Assembly (NCBI GenBank): GCA_965247115.1
Contig: CBDFGR010000003.1
Span: 992,001-1,056,000, forward strand
DNA length: 64,000 bases
DNA from: Myxococcota bacterium
Lineage (GTDB): Bacteria > Myxococcota_A > UBA9160 > SZUA-336
Direction of reading: 5' to 3'
The notes under the pieces were generated by a model that was not told the origin of the DNA, did not search any database, and worked only from the letters and a program-made list of their open reading frames with translations. The position numbers were made by a program, and so were the translations under genes. Shown here one piece after another: positions 1 to 12,418 of this stretch. Numbering within the stretch: position 1 is the stretch's first letter; the number at the start of each line of letters is the position of its first letter.

Positions 1-571
1 CTTCCGGTGGATCGAAAGGGAAGACGGCCCGGAAAGCGTCGACGACCTTGTCACCGTAATCGCGCAGAGCCCGCTCCTCGATCGAGTAGGGCACAGAGAC
101 GTCATCTCGCCCCTCCTCGACCCCTGTGATCACGGTGAGCTGAACAGCGTCGTTCTCGCCGACGTTTCGGAAGCCGCGATAAACCCGGGGCGGGCAGGAA
201 AAGGCATCCCACTTGTCGAGGGTCAGACGGTGGGCCACCGGGTCGCCAATCGAGTACTCGATCGAGCCCTCTAGCACCATGAACGTCTCGAAGGTGCTGT
301 TGTGGGAATGGAGGCAGGGCCCCTGCCCTGGCGGCATGATCGAGATGAACATCGTTGTATTCGCCGCGCCGAAAATCGGAGCGCTGTTTCCGAAGGGGTT
401 CTTGGTGTCGTCCAGGATCACGGGCATCAGCTTGCGCGCGAAGAACAGGTCCATCGCGTCCTGGCCCACCCATTCGAGGTCTTTCGCCGTGGACATGGGC
501 TGGAGCTTGTTGAAACGGCTGATACGTCGTTCGATCTCGTCTTTCGTGGGTGTGTAGATCTGGTTCGTCAT
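1..571 (-). CDS. Cupin-domain protein (runs off the left edge)
   Basis: Read manually; not in the ORF track. AGGAG RBS, ATG at 571, MTNQIYTPTKDEIERR..., cupin motifs PCLHSHNSTFETFMVLEG and PPRVYRGFRN. Confidence 0.8.
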   Translation of the reverse strand, partial: MTNQIYTPTKDEIERRISRFNKLQPMSTAKDLEWVGQDAMDLFFARKLMPVILDDTKNPFGNSAPIFGAANTTMFISIMPPGQGPCLHSHNSTFETFMVLEGSIEYSIGDPVAHRLTLDKWDAFSCPPRVYRGFRNVGENDAVQLTVITGVEEGRDDVSVPYSIEERALRDYGDKVVDAFRAVFPFDPPE

Positions 572-903
572 GTCACATCTCCTGGCACTGACCCGCCTAT
601 AGCCCTTCCGGTCCTCGCCACGCGGAAGCTATTGGGAGGCTTGGGAAATAAACTTCTCACAACGGAGGGCTCTCGCGCAACATGCGAGTCAGAAAGGGCC
701 ACTCGGCGAGTTCCCGTTGCCCGGGGGGAAGACCGTCGCGTGATCTGGACGAAATCGACCTGGCCCAGCTGGGATCCCGTCTCGCGCACTCGCTTAGATG
801 AACTGCGGGGGCCTAAGACGGTCCGGGCGCTTGCAACAGGGCCCTTCGGCGGTGCTAAGATCGCTCGCGAGCAATTCAATGAAGCAACGCCCCGGGGGAC
901 ACT

Positions 904-2022
904 ATGGCCGAGGCATCCGGCATCCGGGAACACTCATGGCTCGACGTCAAGGGCGGCGGGCAGATCACCGTCGACGGCGAAACCGCATATGTGGGGCACG
1001 TGGACGGTCCCGAGGCGACCACCATCATCGACGTCGCCGATCCCAAGAACCCGAGCGTCGTCGATACCATCATGTGCGAGCACGCCAAATCCCATTCCCA
1101 CAAGGTACGAGTGGGCAACGGACTAATGCTCACCAACTACGAAGAGCATAGGGGCACGCCCGAGGACGAGTTTCGCGCCGGGCTCAATATCTACGACCTG
1201 AGCGATCCTAGAAAGCCCCACCCCCTCCATTTCTGGGCCGCCGACGGCCAGGGCGTGCACCGGTTCTCCTTCGACGGCCGATATGCCTATCTGTCGACCA
1301 CCGTGGAGGGGTATTTAGGGCGCATCGTCGTCATCCTCGATCTCGAAGAGCCGACCCGGCCTCGGGAAGTGGGGCGCTGGCATTGGCCCGGTCAGCACAC
1401 TGCAGCCGGCGAAGAGCCCGACATCCCGCCGGATCACCTCACATGCCACCACCCGATCCGCATGGGCGACCGGCTCTATGTCAGCTATTGGCTGGCCGGC
1501 TGGGCGATCCTCGATATCTCCGACATGAGCAACCCCAAAGAGCTCTCGCGCATGGCCACCAACCCGCCCTTTCCATGCCCTTCCCATACCTGCCTTCCGA
1601 TTCCATTCAAGCTTCACGGCATGGACGTGATGCTGGTCGCCGACGAGGACGTGGCCAAGACCCACGACGGCGGCCCCGCTTTCATGTGGGTGATCGACAT
1701 CTCCAATGAACGTCATCCCATCCCCTTCGCCAGTTTTCAGGTGGAGGGCCTGGAATCGGGCACGCCGACACCGCCCCGCACCGGCTGCCACCAGCCCGTC
1801 GAAATGGTGCGCGGCACGGAGATTCCCGTCGCTTGGTTCGCCAACGGGCTGCGCGTCGTGGATATTTCCAACCCCCACGCACCCAGGGAAGCTGCCTATT
1901 TCGTTCCCGATGTTCCTCCTGATTGTGAGCAGGTGATGTCCAACGACGTCTTCGAGGACGACCGGGGCTTCATCTATCTCATCGATCGCATCCGCGGCCT
2001 CCACATCCTGGAGCGGGACTAA
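904..2022 (+). CDS. LVIVD-repeat beta-propeller protein
   Basis: Repeated IIDVADP/IYDLSDP/ILDISDMSNP/VVDISNP units with His-rich loops. Confidence 0.8.
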   Translation: MAEASGIREHSWLDVKGGGQITVDGETAYVGHVDGPEATTIIDVADPKNPSVVDTIMCEHAKSHSHKVRVGNGLMLTNYEEHRGTPEDEFRAGLNIYDLSDPRKPHPLHFWAADGQGVHRFSFDGRYAYLSTTVEGYLGRIVVILDLEEPTRPREVGRWHWPGQHTAAGEEPDIPPDHLTCHHPIRMGDRLYVSYWLAGWAILDISDMSNPKELSRMATNPPFPCPSHTCLPIPFKLHGMDVMLVADEDVAKTHDGGPAFMWVIDISNERHPIPFASFQVEGLESGTPTPPRTGCHQPVEMVRGTEIPVAWFANGLRVVDISNPHAPREAAYFVPDVPPDCEQVMSNDVFEDDRGFIYLIDRIRGLHILERD

Positions 2023-2246
2023 GCCTCAGCGTAGCAGGCGTGTGTTGCCGGAGGGCCGAGCTGTTGCTTCGACCAGCCGATTGGCCGTCAGCTGCAGTGC
2101 CTTGTTGCACCAGCTAGACATCGTCGAAGTGCTGCGAAGAAGGGACGTATGACAGCGAACGGTGTCGTAGGGAAGAATATGCAGGGTCAGCGAGTGGCCC
2201 GCGAACGATAGCGGGGCTCGTAAGCACCTGAAAACACTATGTGTTG

Positions 2247-2321
2247 TGGTGGGCGATACTGGATTTGAACCAGTGACTTCTACCGTGTGAAGGTAGCACT
2301 CTACCGCTGAGTTAATCGCCC
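2247..2321 (-). tRNA. tRNA-Val(CAC)
   Basis: Reverse complement GGGCGATTAACTCAGCGGTAGAGTGCTACCTTCACACGGTAGAAGTCACTGGTTCAAATCCAGTATCGCCCACCA folds into a full cloverleaf with encoded CCA. Confidence 0.97.
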
Positions 2322-2357
2322 GAGAAGGTCTAGGAATAGAGCAGCGGTTGCGTCAGA

Positions 2358-4833
<2,476 letters not shown>

Positions 4834-4848
4834 CAGTCCCTCTGCTCG

Positions 4849-5253
4849 CTAGCGCTTGCTGAACTGGAAGCGCGCCCGCGCCCCCTTCTGCCCGTACTTC
4901 TTGCGCTCCGTCTCGCGCGCGTCGCGCGTGAGGAAGCCTGCCTTCTTCAGCGTAGTCCGCAGTGTTGGATCGTACTTCTCGAGCGCGCGCGCAATGCCAT
5001 GGCGGATGGCTCCCGCCTGCCCGCTGATCCCCCCACCCTTGACCGTGATGAACAGGTCGAAGCTTCCCATCTGCTGGACCGCCTCGATCGGCTCGAGCAG
5101 GTGCTGTCGCAAGGACTCGCGTGGCACGTACTCCTCGATCGCCCTCTTGTTGATCGTGATCTGTCCGGCGCCAAGCCCGAGGAACACGCGAGCCGTGGAG
5201 GTCTTGCGACGCCCCGTGGCATAGAAGCGAGTAGACTGGCGAGGCATCGTCAT
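4849..5253 (-). CDS. rpsI: 30S ribosomal protein S9
   Basis: [24 protein letters not shown]-terminal QFSKR; ATGA overlap with rplM. Confidence 0.98.
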   Translation of the reverse strand: MTMPRQSTRFYATGRRKTSTARVFLGLGAGQITINKRAIEEYVPRESLRQHLLEPIEAVQQMGSFDLFITVKGGGISGQAGAIRHGIARALEKYDPTLRTTLKKAGFLTRDARETERKKYGQKGARARFQFSKR

Positions 5254-5699
5254 CGACCGATCTCCAGAGGTTGTGGATTCTGCGATGCGTGAGGGTGCTT
5301 TCCGTCCGCGTACACCTTGAGCTTGCGGATCATCTTCCGGCCCAGCGGCCCCTTTGGCAGCATTCCCCTCACTGCGGACTCGAGCACGCGCTCGGGATGG
5401 GTCTCGAGCAGGCGCCTCGCGTTCACCGACCGGATTCCTCCAGGGTAGCCGGAGTGGCGCCAGTAGGTCTTCTGATCGAGCTTCCGGCCGCTGAGCTTCA
5501 CGCGGCGCGCGTTGACCACGATCACGAAGTCGCCCCCGTCCACGTGGGGCGTATAGCTGACCTTGTGCTTGCCGCGAAGGACCGTCGCGACCCGGGTCGC
5601 GATCCGGCCCAGGATCTGCTCGGTCGCGTCGAGTACGAACCATTCCCGCTCGACGTCCTCGGGACGCATACTCCGGGTGGAATGGATCGGATTGGGCAC
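5250..5699 (-). CDS. rplM: 50S ribosomal protein L13
   Basis: [30 protein letters not shown] start after GAGGT. Confidence 0.97.
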   Translation of the reverse strand: MPNPIHSTRSMRPEDVEREWFVLDATEQILGRIATRVATVLRGKHKVSYTPHVDGGDFVIVVNARRVKLSGRKLDQKTYWRHSGYPGGIRSVNARRLLETHPERVLESAVRGMLPKGPLGRKMIRKLKVYADGKHPHASQNPQPLEIGR

Positions 5700-5761
5700 G
5701 AGTGACCTCTGGGGCATCTGCGCGGCGTTCTGACCAGATCCGCGACCCTGCAGCCGGGCAT

Positions 5762-5791
5762 GGGATAGCCGATTGCTCCGGGAGCAGTCAA
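5762..5791 (-). promoter_or_regulatory. Putative sigma70 promoter of rplM-rpsI
   Basis: TTGACT-N18-TATCCC overlapping the truA stop. Confidence 0.5.
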
Positions 5792-6579
5792 GGCAGCTCA
5801 GGATACTGGACCCGCTCCAGGCACAGCCCATGGGCGGGAGCCGTCGGTCCCGCCCTGGAGCGCTCGCGGGAGGCCAGAATCTCAGCCAGCTCGCAGGCAC
5901 CCCGGCGACCCTGTCCGACCTCCACCAGCGTCCCGACCAGGTTCCGGACCATGTGGCGCAGGAAGCTCCGGCCCTCGACCACAAAGTGGACCTCCGGAGA
6001 CGCGGCGAGGATGTCCAGGCGATCGATGGAGCGCCGGCTGCACTCGTCCACCGGAGCGCCACCGGGCGCGCCGCGGAAGGCGCCAAAGTCGTGCGTGCCG
6101 AGAACGGCGGCGGCGGCTTCGCGCATGGCAGCCAGGTCCAGGCGGCGCCGCAGATGCCAGGTCTGCCTGCGCCGCAGCGGGCTCGGCTGGCCCGAGTTGA
6201 GTACCCGGTAGACGTAGCGCTTGCAGACCGCGTCGCGGCGCGCGTTGAAGCTGGGCAAAACGGGCAGGACCTGGTGGACGGTCACGTCGCCGGGGAGCTC
6301 CGCGTTGAGCGCACGTCGCAGCTCGAGCGGCGTGAGCCGGGTGCCGCAATCCACGTGGGCAACCTGGCCGAGCGCGTGCACGCCGGCGTCGGTTCGACCG
6401 GCCGCGTTCACCCGAAGCTCCTCCTGCAAAATCTGCTTGAACGCGGCCTCGATCACCCCCTGGACGCTCCGCGCGTCCGGCTGCAGCTGCCAGCCGGCGA
6501 AATCTGTTCCGTCGTACTCGAGACGCAGAAGCAGCCTTCGCGCGTCGTTGGCCCCCCGATCCGGCGCGGAGCCCGCCAC
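5788..6579 (-). CDS. truA: tRNA pseudouridine(38-40) synthase
   Basis: YDGTDFAGWQ, AGRTDAGVHA, FLRHMVR. Confidence 0.97.
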   Translation of the reverse strand: MAGSAPDRGANDARRLLLRLEYDGTDFAGWQLQPDARSVQGVIEAAFKQILQEELRVNAAGRTDAGVHALGQVAHVDCGTRLTPLELRRALNAELPGDVTVHQVLPVLPSFNARRDAVCKRYVYRVLNSGQPSPLRRRQTWHLRRRLDLAAMREAAAAVLGTHDFGAFRGAPGGAPVDECSRRSIDRLDILAASPEVHFVVEGRSFLRHMVRNLVGTLVEVGQGRRGACELAEILASRERSRAGPTAPAHGLCLERVQYPELP

Positions 6580-7577
6580 TACAACGAGAGCGTCTCCGCT
6601 GCCTCGACCGCCCCCAGCGCTGCCCCGCGCCGCAGGTCGTCCAGGGCCAGGACGAAGGCGAGCCCCGGAGCGTCATCGCCGTCCTGTCGGACCCGGCCAA
6701 TCGCCACGTCGTCGTGACCGAGGGCGCTGCGCGGACTCGGGAGTGCGTGTGCGTCCAGGACCCGCAAGAGGGGCTGCTTCTCCCAGATCGCCTTGGCCTG
6801 CTCCACCGAGAGACCGCGCGCGAGGCTCACGTGAACTGCCGCGGTACTGCCCGAGAAGGTCGGCACACGGATCCGGGTCGTCTCGAGCGGCAATCCGGGA
6901 ATGCGCAGGACGCGACGCAGCACGTGTGCCAGGCTGCGCTCCTCGGAGGACGAGCCGTCTTCGAGCTGGCTGCCCACGAGGGGCAGGCAGTCGAAGGCGA
7001 GTGAGTGCGGAAAGAGCTGGGACTCCTCGATTTCGCCGGTCATGCGGTTCAGGATGTCCGCAGTGTGAGCCGTTAGCTCGCCCACTCCCCCGCGTCCGAC
7101 TCCCACGGCCGGCTCGAGACAAACCGCGGTGACCCGCGTGAGCTCGACCTCGCGCGCCAGGGGTGCGAGCGCCAGCGCCAGGCCAGTCACCACACCGCGC
7201 GGGATAGAGACCAGGCACGCTCCGCGCGAGCGGGAGATCGGCGTGAGACCGTGTACGTACAGCGGGATCTGCGGATCGAGCTCGAGGCTGCCGCTGACGT
7301 CGATCAGGCTGATCTCGGCAGCGCGGGCCGGCTCCAGGATGCCATCTGGTAGCTCGGGGGCCGCGCAGAAGACGAGCTCGCTGCGGCCGAGCTCCGCGGG
7401 ATCAAAGCGCTGGACCTCGACGCTCTGGCCCTGAAACTCGATGTCTGAGCCGGCTGCCGAAGCGTAGGCCCGCAGCTCCGCCACCGGAAAGCTGCGCTCC
7501 CCGAGCACATCGATGATCTCGCCGCCGACTGCTCCGGTCGCCCCCAGGACGGCGACGCGCAGACCCCTCTCTCTCAT
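6579..7577 (-). CDS. Aspartate-semialdehyde dehydrogenase-like protein (Usg-like, catalytic residues missing)
   Basis: GATGAVG Rossmann motif and LDDLRRGAA; NPNC replaced by IPRG and GHS by GST. Confidence 0.85.
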   Translation of the reverse strand: MRERGLRVAVLGATGAVGGEIIDVLGERSFPVAELRAYASAAGSDIEFQGQSVEVQRFDPAELGRSELVFCAAPELPDGILEPARAAEISLIDVSGSLELDPQIPLYVHGLTPISRSRGACLVSIPRGVVTGLALALAPLAREVELTRVTAVCLEPAVGVGRGGVGELTAHTADILNRMTGEIEESQLFPHSLAFDCLPLVGSQLEDGSSSEERSLAHVLRRVLRIPGLPLETTRIRVPTFSGSTAAVHVSLARGLSVEQAKAIWEKQPLLRVLDAHALPSPRSALGHDDVAIGRVRQDGDDAPGLAFVLALDDLRRGAALGAVEAAETLSL

Positions 7578-8638
7578 CAGCCCAACGCCTCGCGGACGAG
7601 CTTGCCCGCGTCGCGGGTGCCCACGACCTTCCCGGCCCCCTGACCCGCCAGGTCGCGGGTCCGATAGCCGTCGTCCAGGAACTTCTCGACGGCGGCACGC
7701 ACCTGTGCTGCCTGTTGGGGGCGTCGCAACCCATGCTCGAGCAGCATGGCGACCGACAGAATCGCTGCGAGCGGATTCGCCAGGTCCTGGCCCGCGATGT
7801 CCGGTGCGGTGCCGTGAACGGGCTCGAAGACGCCCCTACCCCCGTCGCCGACGCTGGCCGAGGGCAGCATGCCGAGCGAGCCTGTGATCATGGCGCTCTC
7901 ATCCGACAGGATGTCGCCGAACAGGTTCGGGCAGAGGAGCACGTCGAACTCGGCCGCGTCGCGCAGCAGGACCATGGCGGCGCTGTCCACGAGCTGGTGA
8001 TCGAGCTGGACGTCCGAGAACTCGAGCGCAACCTCCTCGACGACCTCGTTCCAGAAGGCACTCACCTCGAGAACATTGGCCTTGTGGATGTTCGTCAGGC
8101 GGCTGCGCCGACCCCGCGCGGTCTGGAACGCAAGGCGGGCGATGCGGCGCACCTCCTCTTCCTCGTAGACCATCGTGTTCAACGCGCGCCTCTGGCCGTC
8201 GCGGTCTTGTCGACCGCGGGGCTCGCCATAGTAGATCCCACCCGTGAGCTCGCGCACAACGATCAGATCCACGCCCGCAATGCACTCCGGCCGCAGCGGG
8301 CTGGCATCCGCGAGCGCGGGAATGACCGCGGCGGGGCGGAGGTTCGCGTAGAGCGCGAGCTCTTTGCGAAGCGTGAGCAGTCCGCGTTCCGGGCGCTCGG
8401 GTGGTGGAAGAGCGTCCCACTTCGGGCCCCCCACCGCACCGAGCAGCACGAGCCCGCACTCCCTGGCGCGCTCCAGCGTTGCTGGCGAGAGCGGCGTGCC
8501 GTCCGCGTCGATCGCGCAGCCTCCGATCAGCCCGTCCTCGGTCTCCACGTCGGGGGCGACCTGCTGCAGGACGGCGGCTGCCTCGGCAGTCACTTCCGAA
8601 CCGATGCCGTCACCCGGAAGAACGAGGACCCGTGCCAC
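7577..8638 (-). CDS. leuB: 3-isopropylmalate dehydrogenase
   Basis: LPGDGIG, GAVGGPKWD, RELTGGIY, NLFGDILSD, EPVHGTAPDI. Confidence 0.98.
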   Translation of the reverse strand: MARVLVLPGDGIGSEVTAEAAAVLQQVAPDVETEDGLIGGCAIDADGTPLSPATLERARECGLVLLGAVGGPKWDALPPPERPERGLLTLRKELALYANLRPAAVIPALADASPLRPECIAGVDLIVVRELTGGIYYGEPRGRQDRDGQRRALNTMVYEEEEVRRIARLAFQTARGRRSRLTNIHKANVLEVSAFWNEVVEEVALEFSDVQLDHQLVDSAAMVLLRDAAEFDVLLCPNLFGDILSDESAMITGSLGMLPSASVGDGGRGVFEPVHGTAPDIAGQDLANPLAAILSVAMLLEHGLRRPQQAAQVRAAVEKFLDDGYRTRDLAGQGAGKVVGTRDAGKLVREALG

Positions 8639-8652
8639 CCTATCCTCCGCGC

Positions 8653-10197
8653 TCAGACGCCGCGCAGTGAAGCGACGCCGGCGCGTTTGCGCTGTACGAG
8701 CTTGTTCAGTGCATGGACGTAGGCCTTCGCGCTCGCCAAGATCACGTCGGTGTCCGCAGCCTGACCGATCACACGAAGGCCGTCTTCCTCCAGCGACACG
8801 CTGACCTCGGCCTGCGCGTCGATGCCTCCGGTCACGGCGTTGACCTGATAGCGCAAGAGCTGCGCCTTGCTCTGGGAGAGCTCCTCGATCGCCTGAAAGA
8901 TAGCGTCCACCGGGCCGCCACCCATCTTGGCGATCTTCCGGTCCTCGCCACTCACGACCATCTCCACCGTTGCGGTTGGGGTCGCGAAGGTGCCGCTCAC
9001 CACGGACAGGTTCTCGAGCTTGAAGTGTTCTTCCACCTGCAGCAGCTGATCCGTGACGAGCGCCTCTATGTCTTCGTTGTAGATCGTCTTCTTGGCATCC
9101 GCCAGATCCTTGAAGCGCTTGAAGGCGGAGTTGAAGTCCAGCTTCTCCGGGTCGAAGCCGAGCTCCTTCAGCCGCTCGCCAAAGGCGTGGCGACCGGAGT
9201 GCTTCCCGAGCACCAGCTCGGTCTCCGCTCGCCCCACCGACTCGGGCGTCATGATCTCGTACGTCAGCTTGTTCGAGAGCACGCCGTGCTGGTGGATCCC
9301 GGCCTCGTGCGCGAACGCGTTGTCACCGACGATGGCCTTGTTCGGCGGCACGTGCACGCCGATGACCGTGGAGAGCATGCGGCTCGTGGGATAGATCTCC
9401 TTCGTGACGATACCCGTATCACAGGCCTCGAAGAACTCGCTGCGGGTCTTGAGAGCCATCACGACCTCTTCCATCGAGGTGTTCCCTGCCCTCTCCCCGA
9501 TGCCGTTCACGGTGCATTCGACCTGGCGCGCGCCGGCCCTGATCGCGGCCAGGGAGTTTGCGACCGAGAGTCCGAGGTCGTCGTGGCAGTGGACGGCGAA
9601 GCGGATCTCATCGCTCGTCCGCAGGTTTGCCCGCAGGAAGCGGATGAGCTCCGCGTACTCGTCGGGGGTGGTGTAGCCGACCGTGTCCGGCACGTTTAGC
9701 GTGGTCGCGCCTTCGTCGATCGCCCGTCGGTAGACCTTGATCAGAAACTCCCAGTCGGAGCGCGTGGCGTCCTCTGCCGAGAACTCCACGTCGGCCACGT
9801 AGCCGCGCGCACGCTTGACGGACCGACTGACCTCTTCGAGCACCTGCTCCTTGCTCATGCGCAGCTTGTCGCGCATGTGGATCTCGGAGGTGGCTATGAA
9901 GGTGTGGATGCGCGCCCTGTCGGCCCCGCGCAGCGCCTCGCCGGCTCGGTCGACGTCCTCGTCGCTGGTGCGGGCGAGCCCGCAAACGATCGGTCCCTCG
10001 ATCTCTCGAGCGATCTCCCGCACAGCCTCGAAGTCGCCCTGCGAGGCGATCGGAAAGCCCGCCTCGATCACGTCGACGCCGAGCCTCGCGAGCTGACGCG
10101 CGAGCACGAGCTTCTCCTCCAGGTTCATGCTGCAGCCCGGGGCCTGCTCGCCGTCGCGCAGGGTCGTGTCGAAGATTAGGACTCGCTTATCGGACAT
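8653..10197 (-). CDS. leuA: 2-isopropylmalate synthase
   Basis: DTTLRDGEQ, HCHDDLG, GIGERAGN, HEAGIHQHG, regulatory domain. Confidence 0.98.
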   Translation of the reverse strand: MSDKRVLIFDTTLRDGEQAPGCSMNLEEKLVLARQLARLGVDVIEAGFPIASQGDFEAVREIAREIEGPIVCGLARTSDEDVDRAGEALRGADRARIHTFIATSEIHMRDKLRMSKEQVLEEVSRSVKRARGYVADVEFSAEDATRSDWEFLIKVYRRAIDEGATTLNVPDTVGYTTPDEYAELIRFLRANLRTSDEIRFAVHCHDDLGLSVANSLAAIRAGARQVECTVNGIGERAGNTSMEEVVMALKTRSEFFEACDTGIVTKEIYPTSRMLSTVIGVHVPPNKAIVGDNAFAHEAGIHQHGVLSNKLTYEIMTPESVGRAETELVLGKHSGRHAFGERLKELGFDPEKLDFNSAFKRFKDLADAKKTIYNEDIEALVTDQLLQVEEHFKLENLSVVSGTFATPTATVEMVVSGEDRKIAKMGGGPVDAIFQAIEELSQSKAQLLRYQVNAVTGGIDAQAEVSVSLEEDGLRVIGQAADTDVILASAKAYVHALNKLVQRKRAGVASLRGV

Positions 10198-11002
10198 CGC
10201 TTTCCGTCTCCCGTGGGGTCTCTTCGAGCGCGCTGGCGCGCTCGCGTCGCCGCAGGATGTGCCAGTAGACCGGACCAGACAAGAGGAAAGTGATGCCCAA
10301 TCCGAACATCATCGGCTCGTGGTTTAACAGGATGGCCACCGTACAGAGGACGAGCGCGACCAGGCTCGGGTAGGCCCGTCTCCCTTCGATCTTGATGATC
10401 TTGAGACTCGGGTACGGCACCGGGCTCACCATCAACAGAGCCAGCAGCGCGAAGCTGCCCGTGATCAGCATGCCGAGAACGGGCGTGAAGGGCGGCGCGA
10501 GGTCGATCCAGGTCACGAACCAGACCATGACAGCGACGAAGCCGCCGGCAAAAGTGCTCGGAAGACCCTCGTAGTGCAGCTGATCGCCGACTCGCGCCGC
10601 CTTTACGTTGAAGCGCGCGAGCCGCAGCGCCGCACACAGCGAGAAGAGCGCCGCGATCAGCCAGCCGCGCGGACCCAGCGGGATCAGCATCCAGTTGTAG
10701 AACAGGAGCGCAGGCGCCAGCCCGAACGAGACGAGGTCCGACATGGAGTCGTACTCCACGCCGAACGAGCTGGTGGAGCGCGTGGCGCGAGCGATCCGAC
10801 CGTCCAGCATGTCCGCGATCGCGGCAAGCACGATCGCCAGGCCAGCCCGCTCGTAGTCGCCACGGATGGAGAGCGTGATCGACCAGAAGCCCAGCATGAG
10901 CGCCGCGGTGGTGATCAGGTTCGGCAACAGGTAGATCGCTCGACCTCGCTCCCCATCACCGGACTGCCGACGCCTTCGGACTCGCCGCTGAGTCACGCTC
11001 AT
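10187..11002 (-). CDS. pssA: CDP-diacylglycerol--serine O-phosphatidyltransferase
   Basis: LPNLIT, DMLDGRIAR, DSMSDLVSFG, LRLARFN. Confidence 0.93.
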   Translation of the reverse strand: MSVTQRRVRRRRQSGDGERGRAIYLLPNLITTAALMLGFWSITLSIRGDYERAGLAIVLAAIADMLDGRIARATRSTSSFGVEYDSMSDLVSFGLAPALLFYNWMLIPLGPRGWLIAALFSLCAALRLARFNVKAARVGDQLHYEGLPSTFAGGFVAVMVWFVTWIDLAPPFTPVLGMLITGSFALLALLMVSPVPYPSLKIIKIEGRRAYPSLVALVLCTVAILLNHEPMMFGLGITFLLSGPVYWHILRRRERASALEETPRETESDVR

Positions 11003-11007
11003 CTCCG

Positions 11008-12024
11008 TCAGTTCTTCGCCTTGTCGACCAGGCGCTGCTCGGCGAGCCACGGCATCATCGCTCGCAGCTTGCGCCCCGTTTCCTCGAGCGGATGCTGGTC
11101 ACCAAGACGCGTCAGTGCGTTGAAGACCGGCTTGCCAGCGCGCGTCTCCGTCAACCACTCACTCGCAAACTTCCCGGACTGGATCTCCGCCAGGATGTGC
11201 TTCATCTGGGCTCGCGTGGCCTCGTCAACCACGCGTGGGCCACGCGTCAAGTCCCCGTATTGCGCGGTGTTGGAGACCGAATAGCGCATGTTCGTGATCC
11301 CGCCCTCGTAGATGAGGTCGATGATGAGCTTGAGCTCGTGGATGCACTCGAAGTACGCCATCTCGGGGGCGTAGCCCGCCTCGGTCAGCGTCTCGTAAGC
11401 CGCCGTCATGAGCGCCGTGAGACCGCCGCACAACACAGCCTGCTCTCCAAAGAGGTCGGTCTCCGTCTCCTCGCGGATTGTCGTCTCGATGATCCCGGCG
11501 CGGCCCCCGCCGATGCCCTTTGCGTAGGCGAGTCCGACCTCGAGGGTGTCCCCGCTGGGATCGCGATCCACGGCCACCAGGCAGGGAACGCCGGCACCCC
11601 TGGAGTAGGCATCTCGGACCAGGTGGCCCGGGCCCTTGGGCGCAACCATGAATGCGTTCACCCCTTCGGGCGGCGAGATGCAACCGAAGTGGAAGTTGAA
11701 GCCGTGGGCCAGGGCCAGGTAGTTGCCCGGCTCCACGTTGGGGGCAATCTCCTGCTCGTAGACGTCGCCCATCGTCTCGTCGGGAAGCGTCATCATCACG
11801 ACGTCGCCCGTCGCTGCGGCGTCGCTTACGGACAGCACCTTGAGCCCCATCGCCTCGGCCTTCGGCTGGCTGCTGGAGCCCTTCCGCAGGCCCACAACCA
11901 CGTCGATCCCGCTGTCTCTCAGGTTGAGGGAGTGGGCGTGACCCTGGCTCCCGTAGCCCAGTATCGCGACCGTGCGCCCCTCGAGCCGCGCCAGATCGGC
12001 GTCCTTGTCGTAGAAGACCTTCAT
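11008..12024 (-). CDS. ilvC: Ketol-acid reductoisomerase
   Basis: [30 protein letters not shown]. Confidence 0.99.
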   Translation of the reverse strand: MKVFYDKDADLARLEGRTVAILGYGSQGHAHSLNLRDSGIDVVVGLRKGSSSQPKAEAMGLKVLSVSDAAATGDVVMMTLPDETMGDVYEQEIAPNVEPGNYLALAHGFNFHFGCISPPEGVNAFMVAPKGPGHLVRDAYSRGAGVPCLVAVDRDPSGDTLEVGLAYAKGIGGGRAGIIETTIREETETDLFGEQAVLCGGLTALMTAAYETLTEAGYAPEMAYFECIHELKLIIDLIYEGGITNMRYSVSNTAQYGDLTRGPRVVDEATRAQMKHILAEIQSGKFASEWLTETRAGKPVFNALTRLGDQHPLEETGRKLRAMMPWLAEQRLVDKAKN

Positions 12025-12154
12025 GCGTAAAGCTCCTCCCGTCGTCTCCGACGGTCACTCGGCAAAGCATCCGTACGGATGGGGCTGGAGAACGAGCAAT
12101 CGATCCCCCCACGCGACGCGCCGTGCGCCGCTCCAGGGGGGTGGTTTCGAGCGC

Positions 12155-12376
12155 CTACCCGTCGACGTGAGCCAGAATTCGCGCGATCTGGTCCTTCCCG
12201 GCGAGCTTGCGCTTCTTGATCATCTTGCGCTCTGTCTGCTCGGACGGACTCAGATGCGCCTGGGAGTTCAGGTCCTCGAGCTGTCTCTCGAGCTCGAGAT
12301 GTTCCTCCCAGAGCTGGCGCAGTTCCCCGTGATTCGGCAGCAAGGACTCGATCCGCGCCCGCTCCTCGTTCTCCAT
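12155..12376 (-). CDS. DUF465/YdcH-like small coiled-coil protein
   Basis: LWEEHLELE...KKRKLAGKDQI. Confidence 0.8.
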   Translation of the reverse strand: MENEERARIESLLPNHGELRQLWEEHLELERQLEDLNSQAHLSPSEQTERKMIKKRKLAGKDQIARILAHVDG

Positions 12377-12418
12377 ATACCCTCAATCAATCCGGAGGTT
12401 TATGCCACTTGATCGAAG

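Noticed and set aside
12025..12154. ilv/leu attenuator upstream of ilvC
   Set aside because: No Ile/Leu/Val-rich leader peptide and no U-tract terminator.
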